DNA from: Candidatus Latescibacterota bacterium
GTDB lineage: Bacteria > Latescibacterota > UBA2968 > UBA8231
Reading direction: 5' to 3'
DNA: 64,000 nucleotides
Assembly: GCA_965203175.1 (NCBI GenBank)
Contig: OZ241867.1
Coordinates: 2,144,001 to 2,208,000 of the forward strand
A model generated the notes under the pieces. That model made no database searches. It was not told the origin of the DNA and worked only from the letters and a program-made list of their open reading frames with translations. Within the stretch, counting starts at the first letter, position 1; each line of letters opens with the position of its first letter. The translations under genes and the position numbers were made by a program. Below, in pieces: positions 46,686-55,244 of this stretch.

Positions 46686-47369
46686 GTGAAACTAATCGTC
46701 ACCAACGACGACGGCATTGAAGCAGAGGGCCTGCAGACCTTGGTCCGTCTGGCGTCGCGGTGGGGTGAGGTCGTCGTTGTCGCGCCGGCCGAGGCTCAGT
46801 CCGGCATTGGACATCAGTTGACAACCGATAGACCCATTCGCGTGGATAAACTGGTGGAAGAACGCTACAGGATATGGGGCACGCCGGCCGACTGTTCCCG
46901 TCTGGCGCTCAACTGTCTAGCGTCCGACGGGGACTGGGTGCTCTCCGGGATCAATCACGGAGGCAATCTCGGGGTGGATGTGTACGAATCCGGCACGGTA
47001 GCCGCCGCCAGAGAGGCTGCTATTCACGGTTGTAAGGCCGTCGCCCTGTCTCACTATACCGTAAAGGGACGGTCGGTCGACTGGCCGCTGGCCGCCGAAC
47101 GGCTGCGTCCGGTTTTGGACGACGTGCTGAACGGGACGCTGGATGCCGGATATTTTATGAACGTGAACCTGCCTCATCCTGAACACGACCGGACGTGTTT
47201 GGAAACCAAACATGCCCCGGTGGATACGAGCCCCCACAGAACCACATTCTCGCAGACCGGCGATGGCTTTCTATACACTGGAATCTATCAGGAGCGCTGG
47301 CGGCAACCCGGCAGTGACGTGGATCTCTGTTTCAATGGTCATATTTCGCTGTCGAAAATCGCCGTTTGA
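46686..47369 (+). CDS. surE: 5'/3'-nucleotidase SurE
   Basis: VTNDDG, GTPADC, SGINHGGN.G.DV.ESGTV. Confidence 0.95.
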   Translation: MKLIVTNDDGIEAEGLQTLVRLASRWGEVVVVAPAEAQSGIGHQLTTDRPIRVDKLVEERYRIWGTPADCSRLALNCLASDGDWVLSGINHGGNLGVDVYESGTVAAAREAAIHGCKAVALSHYTVKGRSVDWPLAAERLRPVLDDVLNGTLDAGYFMNVNLPHPEHDRTCLETKHAPVDTSPHRTTFSQTGDGFLYTGIYQERWRQPGSDVDLCFNGHISLSKIAV

Positions 47370-47411
47370 ATGGGTTGCACTTTAATCGACAAAATACGAC
47401 GGAGCAGATCG

Positions 47412-48584
47412 ATGAAGATAGCTGACGTTAGAGCATTCCCGCTGCGGATCGGTAAGTCGGAAGAGGCGTCGCAAGCGCCGACGGTCGATGGCGGCGATTA
47501 TCACGTGGATCATTCGCGGTCTATCACGATCTACTCGCCCCATCACGAGACCACCGTTATCAGGATTGAGACGGATAACGGGATCGTCGGGTGGGGCGAA
47601 GCGCAGTCGCCAGTGTCGCCGAATACCACCGCGACGATCGTGCGCGAATTGGTGCGGCCGTTGGTGATGGGGCGCGATCCATTCGACATTGAGGCGATTT
47701 GGACGTGCAACTACGATGCGATGCGGGAGCGCGGCCACCTGACGGGGTTCTACATCGATGCTCTCGCCGGGACGGACGTCGCGTTGTGGGATATCGTGGG
47801 AAAGGCTATTGGGAAGCCGGTGCACAAGATTGCGGGTGGGCGGTATCGCGATGAGATCTTGCTCTACGCAGGGATCGGTGGCACGGACCCAGTGAAGGTT
47901 GCGGATGCGGCTGAGGAACATGTGGGCTTAGGGTACCAGGCGTTGAAGTTGCACTTGCTGTTGGATGTGGCAGGCGTCGCGGAGATTTGCCGCGCCGTGC
48001 GGCAGCGCGTCGGGCCGGACATTATGCTGATGGTCGATACGCACATGCGGCAAACGGTCGCAAGCTCGATCATGCTGGGGCGCGAACTGGAGAAGCTAAG
48101 TTTTACTTGGCTGGAGGCACCGATCATACCGGACGATATCCCGGGTCAGGCTGAGATAACCCGGGCGTTGGATATGGCGGTGGCGATAGGGGAGTGGACG
48201 CGCACTCGCTACGAGATGCGCGAGCAGTTCGAGCGCCGGGCGTACGACATCTTGATGCACGACATCGCACGGACGGGGATTACCGAGGGGCATCGGATTG
48301 CGACGCTGGCCGACACCTACAACATCCCCGTCGCGCCGCACATCGGAGGTGGTGGGATCTTGGCGGTGGCGGCGACCGTCGAGTGGTCGGCGTCGTGTCC
48401 GAACTTCATGATCATGGAGCACGCCCATCACGCCAACGCGATGAAGAGTCAGATACTCAAGGAGCCGTATGAACCCGAAAACGGCTATTATAAGGTTACG
48501 GATCGGCCGGGGTTAGGTGTTGAGGTGGATGAGGCGGCGTTGGAGACGTACGCGTTTCCGGGGGTTGAACCACCCGGCGATTGA
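47412..48584 (+). CDS. Mandelate racemase/muconate lactonizing enzyme family enolase
   Basis: GWGE, DVALWDI.GK, MVD, WLE.P, GE, PH, PGLGVE. Confidence 0.9.
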   Translation: MKIADVRAFPLRIGKSEEASQAPTVDGGDYHVDHSRSITIYSPHHETTVIRIETDNGIVGWGEAQSPVSPNTTATIVRELVRPLVMGRDPFDIEAIWTCNYDAMRERGHLTGFYIDALAGTDVALWDIVGKAIGKPVHKIAGGRYRDEILLYAGIGGTDPVKVADAAEEHVGLGYQALKLHLLLDVAGVAEICRAVRQRVGPDIMLMVDTHMRQTVASSIMLGRELEKLSFTWLEAPIIPDDIPGQAEITRALDMAVAIGEWTRTRYEMREQFERRAYDILMHDIARTGITEGHRIATLADTYNIPVAPHIGGGGILAVAATVEWSASCPNFMIMEHAHHANAMKSQILKEPYEPENGYYKVTDRPGLGVEVDEAALETYAFPGVEPPGD

Positions 48585-48600
48585 GCAAAGGAGCAATGCC

Positions 48601-49503
48601 ATGCGTTTGCAGGGCAAGGTGGCCCTGATCACTGGGGCCGGCAGCAATATTGGACGGGCCATGGCCCGGTTGTTTGCCCGCGAGGGAGCGGCGGTGGTGG
48701 TTGGCGATACGGACGAGATCGGCGGCGGCGAAACCGTGCGGCTCATTGAAGCGGCCGGGGGTCGGGCCTGTTCGGTCGCTGGCGATGTCAGCACGACGCA
48801 GGGCCTGCGTCAGAGCATCGACGGAGCGGTGGAGACGTATGGGCGGCTCGATATCTTCTTGAGCAATGCCAATTCCGGGGCCTCAGGCACCATTGCCCAG
48901 TTCGACAGGGCCGGGGCCGAAAAGCTGTTGATGGTCAACCTCATGGCGCTGATGGAAGGGGCCCACTACTGCCTGCCTCACATGCAGCAGGCCGGTGGCG
49001 GTGCGATTGTCGCTACCTCCTCGGTGCAGGCTCTGGTGGGCGTGCCTGGGCATCCGGCCTACGGGGCGGCCAAGGCGGGTATTTTGGGGGCGGTGCGCAG
49101 TATGGCGGTGGAATTGTGGCCCTACAAGGTGCGGGTCAACGCCGTGTGTCCGGGTGGTACTGAGGGCAAGACCTGGACCGTGATCGACGAATTGGGCGAA
49201 GAGTATTTGCCCGAATTCGAGGCGCGCTTTGGCAGGGAGATGCGCCATTTGCCCCTGCCCGTGCCCACGGACCCAATGGCCATTGCCCAGGCCGCGCTGT
49301 TTTTGGCCTCGGATGAAGCCAGTTATATCACCGGCCAGCATCTATCGGTCGACGCGGGCTTGGGCATGTTGCGCTACAGTGTCTTCCACGGACCGGAGCC
49401 GCTCGACACGCCGCAGGCCAGAAGCCAGCGGCACAGCGAGTTGCAAGCCGAATTCGAAGCGTGGTTGGCCGCGAAGAAGGAAGAGCGGGCGAGAGAGCCA
49501 TAA
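48601..49503 (+). CDS. Short-chain dehydrogenase/reductase
   Basis: TGAGSNIG, YGAAK, RVNAVCPG. Confidence 0.92.
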   Translation: MRLQGKVALITGAGSNIGRAMARLFAREGAAVVVGDTDEIGGGETVRLIEAAGGRACSVAGDVSTTQGLRQSIDGAVETYGRLDIFLSNANSGASGTIAQFDRAGAEKLLMVNLMALMEGAHYCLPHMQQAGGGAIVATSSVQALVGVPGHPAYGAAKAGILGAVRSMAVELWPYKVRVNAVCPGGTEGKTWTVIDELGEEYLPEFEARFGREMRHLPLPVPTDPMAIAQAALFLASDEASYITGQHLSVDAGLGMLRYSVFHGPEPLDTPQARSQRHSELQAEFEAWLAAKKEERAREP

Positions 49504-49561
49504 GTCGCCCTAGTACTCAATGTGAGTGTGTTAGCGCTCCTGCTTGTCGGCGGTCAGTGCC

Positions 49562-50278
49562 TCAGCCGTTGGGAACCCCGCCGAGATAAATCACCTGCCC
49601 GGTGACCGCTTCGCTTTCCCGCCGCAAGAAGAAGTCCAGCACGTTTGCGACATCGGTAAAGGTCCCTAGCCGCCTGACGACCATGGGGTCGATAAGTTGC
49701 TCGATTTTGTCTTTTGGCACCCCTCGGATCATGTCGGTCTCGATCGGGGACGGGCCAATCACGTTCACGGTGATTCCGTACTCCGCTAGTTCTCTAGCCA
49801 TGACCTGCGAAAGGCTTTCCACCGACGCCTTTGACGCGGCGTACGCCGATTGACCGGCCAGCCGCATGGGAACCGCCAGTGAGCTGAAGTTGACGATGCG
49901 CCCGTACTGGCGTTTTCGCATCAGCTTCGCTGCTTCGCGGCTGACTAGAAATGTGCCCACGACGTTGGCGCTCAGCATCTTTTCGATGGAAGCCGCTGGC
50001 GTCAGCAAGAAGTGGTTCATCGAGGCGACTGCCGCGTTGTTGATTGCAGCGTCTAGCCGGCCGTAGCGCCGTTTGATCTCGCGAAACAGGGATTTGACCT
50101 GCGGTTCGTCGGAGACGTCGGCCTGCAGGTGCAGGAATCCCTCTGCCTCCCAGCCCGCGTCGCCACGGCTGCAGCCGACCACTTGGTAGCCGCAGCCGAG
50201 CAGATGCTCGACCAAGGCCCTGCCGATTCCCTTGCTGGCTCCAGTCACTAGCGCCACTGGGTTCGATTCGCCGTTCAT
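49562..50278 (-). CDS. FabG-like SDR (CmlJ-like position)
   Basis: TGASKGIG, NNAA, YAASK. Confidence 0.88.
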   Translation of the reverse strand: MNGESNPVALVTGASKGIGRALVEHLLGCGYQVVGCSRGDAGWEAEGFLHLQADVSDEPQVKSLFREIKRRYGRLDAAINNAAVASMNHFLLTPAASIEKMLSANVVGTFLVSREAAKLMRKRQYGRIVNFSSLAVPMRLAGQSAYAASKASVESLSQVMARELAEYGITVNVIGPSPIETDMIRGVPKDKIEQLIDPMVVRRLGTFTDVANVLDFFLRRESEAVTGQVIYLGGVPNG

Positions 50279-50290
50279 GGGATGGCCTGC

Positions 50291-50617
50291 CTATTCGCTG
50301 ACAGCTTTCAGGGCATCGTCTGCCGGGGCACCGGACAATTCCAGGATGTAGTCCGCCAGCGCGTCAATCGTGCGGAAGGGGCTCCGTCGGCGGGAAAACG
50401 CGTCCTCGCTGACCAGTGTTACGTCGATCTGGTGCTCTTCTTCGAGAATCGACTCGACGCTGGTAATGAGGGTCACCAGCCCCATGGAGTTGATAATGGC
50501 CTCGGAACCCAACAGCGGTGAGTCGCGGTTGACCTGCACGGACTCTTCCACGCCTTCTTCTTCAAGGGCGTCAGCCGCTAGGCCGATCATCAGCTCGATT
50601 AGCTCGTCTTTCTGCAT
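50291..50617 (-). CDS. Acyl carrier protein
   Basis: Acidic 108 aa; INSMGLV phosphopantetheine site; SPFRTI. Confidence 0.8.
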   Translation of the reverse strand: MQKDELIELMIGLAADALEEEGVEESVQVNRDSPLLGSEAIINSMGLVTLITSVESILEEEHQIDVTLVSEDAFSRRRSPFRTIDALADYILELSGAPADDALKAVSE

Positions 50618-50642
50618 GTTTTTTCCTTTTGTTGAATTAGTC

Positions 50643-52367
50643 TCAGGAGATGTCGTCCTCGGCACCAACCCCGCCAAAGCGCAAGGCCGCGCGAATCTTT
50701 ACCAGATCGCCGTTCTGGTCAAATCCCCGCAGGAAGTCGCCCTCAATCAGTCGGCCGATGACCTGCACGGGCGTGCCTTGACCCTTTAACTCCTTCAACT
50801 TCCCGGCCAGCTCTCGATAGCTCAGAGGATGGCTCTTCAGGCTCGCGAAGAGCCGGCGGTGGTTTTCGGTAAGGGCGTAGGTGGTCATGGTCCGACCGTG
50901 CTCGTCAGCGATGAAATGCTGACGCTCGAGCGCGAACGAAGTCGGATGGACCTTGAAGGATGGCACTAGCCGCACCTCGTCGGCAACCCAGGTGATGCGG
51001 ACCATCCGCCCGAAATCCTTCATCAGTTGGCTGGCCCAGCGCACCCGGCGCAGCGAGAGTTCGGTCTCGTCGAAATGGTCGGTGACCTCGTTTTTGTTGT
51101 GTTGCCAGAGGTCGGCCAAGGTAGCAGCGCGCGCCTCCAGCTCTTCAACGCCCTGTGCGCCAGCGTCCACCTGCTGGCCGGAGAGCGCGGTAAACCACTC
51201 CTTGCCAGCGAACCGGCTGTCTTCCGCCCCGGCGATTTTGCGCTGCCGCCAGAACGTGGAATCGAGTGCGGAGTTGGCAGAATAGAACGCGGCTAGAAAT
51301 TGGTGATAGCGGTTGTAGGCCTCTCGATAGGACTGTTCGTACCACTGGTGGATCTCGTCGGCGTCCTGGGGATTGCGGTACAAGTGATCAATACCGGCCG
51401 CGGCCATCATTGCCGAGTAGGTCGCCAGATGTACGCCCTGTGAGAACAGCGGGTCGATGAAGCAGGCTGAGTCGCCGCAGAGAAAGGCGCGGCCCAGCGA
51501 CAGCGAGGAGGCATCATAGGCCCACTCGCGTATAACCCGCACGTCTTCGCAGCGCGTGGCATTTTCTAGGATTTCCATCGCCAGTGGACACATCTCCAAG
51601 CACTGCTGGTAGAACGTCTCGATCCCGCTGTCGCGCATCCGGGCGCTGGCGGACTTGTCGGTTACTACCCCCACGCTGTAGATGTCGTCCTGCAATGGTA
51701 TGATCCAGATCCATCCTTCCGCGAACGCAACTGAGAATATGTTGCCGTCTAGGTCGCCTTGGAACCGCTTGCCGCCCTTGTAGTAGGACCAGACCGCCAT
51801 GTTCTGGAAGTACTGGTCGAACTGCCGCATTTTCAGCTTCTTGGCGATGATGCCACGGGACCCGGAGGCGTCGATGATGAAATCGCCCTCCAGCGTGCCA
51901 CTGGAGTCGCTGTTTTTCCAGCTCACGGCGACGGGACTGCCGTTGCCGTCGGTCTGTATGTCGGTGACTTCGTGCTCCTCGCGGACATCGGCACCGCGCT
52001 CGCGGGCGGCGTTCAGTAGGATCTGATCGAATTCAGCGCGGGTTACTTGGTAGGCGTGGTCGTACACCCAAGGAGCGGTCTTGGGCGTTGAGAAAGTGAA
52101 GGTCCAGGGAGTCTGCTCTGGGCCCCAGATGAACGTCGCGGCCCGCTTCTCGACGAAATTCGCCGCCTTGATGCGGTCCATCACCCTCAGCCGGGTCAGG
52201 ATCGCCATGGTTCCGGGCAGCAGCGATTCTCCCACTCGATAGCGGGGAAACTTCTCCCGCTCGAACACGACCACATCGCGTCCTAACTTCCGCAGACAGA
52301 GCGCGGCGATGCTGCCAGCGGGTCCGCCGCCGACGATCACAACCCGCTGCACTTTGTTATTTGACAT
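50643..52367 (-). CDS. cmlS: Flavin-dependent halogenase, CmlS (chloramphenicol halogenase) type
   Basis: GGGPAG, FPRYRVGESLLPGT, GWIWIIP (WxWxIP), WAYD, CGDSACFIDPLFSQGVHLA, C-term L.FGGVG as recalled for CmlS. Confidence 0.9.
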   Translation of the reverse strand: MSNNKVQRVVIVGGGPAGSIAALCLRKLGRDVVVFEREKFPRYRVGESLLPGTMAILTRLRVMDRIKAANFVEKRAATFIWGPEQTPWTFTFSTPKTAPWVYDHAYQVTRAEFDQILLNAARERGADVREEHEVTDIQTDGNGSPVAVSWKNSDSSGTLEGDFIIDASGSRGIIAKKLKMRQFDQYFQNMAVWSYYKGGKRFQGDLDGNIFSVAFAEGWIWIIPLQDDIYSVGVVTDKSASARMRDSGIETFYQQCLEMCPLAMEILENATRCEDVRVIREWAYDASSLSLGRAFLCGDSACFIDPLFSQGVHLATYSAMMAAAGIDHLYRNPQDADEIHQWYEQSYREAYNRYHQFLAAFYSANSALDSTFWRQRKIAGAEDSRFAGKEWFTALSGQQVDAGAQGVEELEARAATLADLWQHNKNEVTDHFDETELSLRRVRWASQLMKDFGRMVRITWVADEVRLVPSFKVHPTSFALERQHFIADEHGRTMTTYALTENHRRLFASLKSHPLSYRELAGKLKELKGQGTPVQVIGRLIEGDFLRGFDQNGDLVKIRAALRFGGVGAEDDIS

Positions 52368-52386
52368 GGCGGCTAACTCTCTCCTC

Positions 52387-53730
52387 CTAGCGTCGGATCT
52401 TTTTGAAGCGGTAATTAACCTGTCCTTCGGTGACCACTTTGACCTTCACCGGGAGCATGAACGGCTGCAGGCGTCCCTTGCAGTAATCGGCAATCTGCTT
52501 GCGCATTTGAACTCCTGACACTGTTTCTTCCATCTGTACAGTAGCAGTGACGACGTGGCCCATAAGCAGGTGTTCCTCGCCCTTTACGGATACGTCGATG
52601 ACCCCGTTCATCTCGGCGATGACCTGTTCCACCTCTGCGGGGTACACCTTCTGGCCACCGACGTTAATAATGTCCGACTGCCGCCCTAGGATGCGGTAAT
52701 AGTCGCCCTCCCGGATCACCGAATCTCCAGTGTCGAACCACCCGTCCGCGTCGAATGGACTGGGCGCGTTCAGGTATCCCAGCATCGACGATTGGGCTCG
52801 GATCTGCAGCCTGCCGTCCACAACTCGGGTTTCGTAGTCCTCACCGCCTATCTTCACCAGCAGCGAATCGCTGGATGCGGACTTGGAGCGCAGGATGCCG
52901 AGTTCGCTGAGGCCGTAGGTCTGTAGGAAGCGCGCTTGCGGAAACGCTTCGTTGGCCATCCTGAGCGTGTGCTCCGGCATCACCTCGGTGCCGTAGGTGA
53001 TCAAGCGGAGCGACGAAAGGTCGTGCGATTTGTGTGCCTCGGACAGCAGCATGAGGTTCAGGAACGACGGCGATGTCGGCAGCAGTTCCACTCGGTGTTT
53101 CTCGATGGTCCGGCAGACGCTGGCAATGCTGTGGTCGGCCGCCACCACCACGCAGCCAAGGTTGGCCAGGGTGTAGCAGAGCGTGTTGAATCCGCCGATG
53201 TGATCGAATAGGAGAAACGCGAGCGTCCTGTAGCAGTGTCGGGGTTTGCGGAACTTGTTGAGCAGTTCCGGCAAGCTGTGTAGAATCGCCTTCGGTTTGC
53301 CGGTGGAGCCGGAGCTAAAGAGTACCAGTCCCGCCTTGTCTGCCGCCCGTAGTTGCTCCATTAAGGGGTGGTTGCGCTGGTTTTCGAGCTTGATCGCGAT
53401 GCCTTGATCCTGCCTGTCTATCTCTACGCGATGATCGAGCTCGGCGATCTTGAAAAACTCCTGATGCTGGTCTTGCGACTCCCACGAAAGCGGCACGAGG
53501 ATGCAACGCATCTTCAGCAACGCCAGCAAGCAGGACACCGCGCCCGGCGAGAAGTCGGCTAGCACCCCCACCGAGTCCCCGGCGCGGATACCCGCCGCCT
53601 CTAAGTGGCTGAGCCACTGCTCGTAGCGATCAGTCAGCTCGGAATAGGTACAGGCGCGATCGCGCCAGATGATGGCCGGACGATCCCCGCCTTCCCGGAA
53701 ACGCCGTAGCTGCCAGTCGATATGCTCCAT
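52387..53730 (-). CDS. AMP-dependent acyl ligase (CmlK-like)
   Basis: FSSGSTGKPK, TYGLSE, GWFDTGD, GR..DIINVGG.KVYP.EVE. Confidence 0.88.
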   Translation of the reverse strand: MEHIDWQLRRFREGGDRPAIIWRDRACTYSELTDRYEQWLSHLEAAGIRAGDSVGVLADFSPGAVSCLLALLKMRCILVPLSWESQDQHQEFFKIAELDHRVEIDRQDQGIAIKLENQRNHPLMEQLRAADKAGLVLFSSGSTGKPKAILHSLPELLNKFRKPRHCYRTLAFLLFDHIGGFNTLCYTLANLGCVVVAADHSIASVCRTIEKHRVELLPTSPSFLNLMLLSEAHKSHDLSSLRLITYGTEVMPEHTLRMANEAFPQARFLQTYGLSELGILRSKSASSDSLLVKIGGEDYETRVVDGRLQIRAQSSMLGYLNAPSPFDADGWFDTGDSVIREGDYYRILGRQSDIINVGGQKVYPAEVEQVIAEMNGVIDVSVKGEEHLLMGHVVTATVQMEETVSGVQMRKQIADYCKGRLQPFMLPVKVKVVTEGQVNYRFKKIRR

Positions 53731-53752
53731 CCGTTAGGCCCCGCCGGAAATA

Positions 53753-53769
53753 AGCACAATCTGTGCCAA
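53753..53769 (-). promoter_or_regulatory. Putative sigma54 (-24/-12) promoter of the halogenase operon
   Basis: Minus strand TTGGCACAGATTGTGCT = GG-N10-GC. Confidence 0.6.
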
Positions 53770-54182
53770 TTTTTACAGCAAATGGCCAACTCTCTGCGGA
53801 TGAAGGAGTTAGGGGATATTTGGAAACCACAGTAGATTTTTGGGGTGTTGCAGAATGTGGCTGCCAACCGCTCAGGCGACCTCTTTTTCTGAGGAGGATA
53901 GTCTGCAACTGATTGTTTATTAAGGGTTTTATAAGGGAAGCAGAGCGTGCGGTGCAATTTGTAGCGCATGTTGCGTTTTGCAACGAATTATAAGGGAACT
54001 TGTCTGCGGACACTGGTGCAGGATATGCGCTATCCAGCCTCACTCGTCGCGGAGGAGTGCTTTCGTTCCCGCGAAGTCTTGCCGTTTTTTATTTCGCCTC
54101 TGTGTACGATATTAAGACCTTAACAGCGTCTCCTCCCAAGACGCCTTATTATGCCCATGACTAGGAACACCAAAAGACTTCC

Positions 54183-55223
54183 ATGAATAGCATGGATGAG
54201 CTGCCAGCGTTTCCCGAGGGATGGTATTTCGTCGCAAGCCGTGAATCCATTCTGCGAGAGAAACTGATCGAGAAGAAATGGCTGGGCGAGGAAATCGTCG
54301 TCTGGTGCGACGAGGCAGGCCGCGTCTGCGTGGCCGACGCGGTATGCCCGCACCTAGGCTCGCACCTAGGGCCGGAGGCCGGCGGTCAGGTATGCAACGG
54401 TCGCCTCGTCTGTCCGTTTCACGGGTTTGAGTACGATACGACCGGCCAATGCGTTGCGACTCCGAATGCCCCGGCACCTAAAGCAGCGAAACTGAAGGTA
54501 TACGAGACGCGAGAGATCCTCGGCATGGTCTTCGCTTGGTGGGGAAGCGGAGGCCGGCCCTCGCAGTGGGACCTGCCAACCGAGCCAACCACTGGACAAG
54601 AGTGGTGTGAACTAGGATTCAACGTACTCCGGTTCCGTGGACATCCCCAGGAAACAACCGAGAACTCCGTGGACCTGGGACACCTGCGCTACGTGCATGG
54701 TTACGACAATGTAAATCTAGTCGGTTCGGTAACGGTGGACGGCGCCTACCTGAAGAGTTGCTTCGACTTCAGACGGGTTCGAAAAATTGCCGGGACGAGC
54801 AGTATGTACGATTTATCGGCCGTCACCCATGTTTACGGACTGGGCTACTCCTTCGTCGAAATCCACGAGAAGACTATCGATATGAATGCGAGATTGTGGG
54901 TACTCGCAACGCCTATCGACCGCGGGCTGGTCGAGATGGTACTGGTGAGCCAGATGCGGGAAATCCGCAGGCCCCGGCGATTCATCTCAGGCTTGGGGTT
55001 TCTGCCGATGAAGCTGCGCCACAGGCTGATGAATCGCATTTGGATGTCACAACAGCAACGGGATGTCCTGCAGGATGTGGTGATCTGGGAACGGAAGCGG
55101 TATCGGCCTACCCCTAGGCTGTGCCGCGCCGACGGCCCCATAGGGAAATACCGTCGATATTGTCGGCAGTTCTATCCTGATCCGACGATTGCGACGGGAA
55201 GTGGGGAATCGATCGCCGACTAG
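54183..55223 (+). CDS. Rieske non-heme iron oxygenase, KshA/Neverland (sterol) type
   Basis: FPEGWY, CPHLG..CPFHG, ENSVDLGHLRYVH, QD..IW.RK.Y..P.L...DGPI..YRR...QFY. Confidence 0.85.
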   Translation: MNSMDELPAFPEGWYFVASRESILREKLIEKKWLGEEIVVWCDEAGRVCVADAVCPHLGSHLGPEAGGQVCNGRLVCPFHGFEYDTTGQCVATPNAPAPKAAKLKVYETREILGMVFAWWGSGGRPSQWDLPTEPTTGQEWCELGFNVLRFRGHPQETTENSVDLGHLRYVHGYDNVNLVGSVTVDGAYLKSCFDFRRVRKIAGTSSMYDLSAVTHVYGLGYSFVEIHEKTIDMNARLWVLATPIDRGLVEMVLVSQMREIRRPRRFISGLGFLPMKLRHRLMNRIWMSQQQRDVLQDVVIWERKRYRPTPRLCRADGPIGKYRRYCRQFYPDPTIATGSGESIAD

Positions 55224-55244
55224 GCGGCGGGCGACGACGGTGCG

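Noticed and set aside
49562-53730. Complete chloramphenicol biosynthetic cluster
   Set aside because: No NRPS (CmlP), p-aminophenylalanine genes, CmlA, CmlI or CmlH in the window
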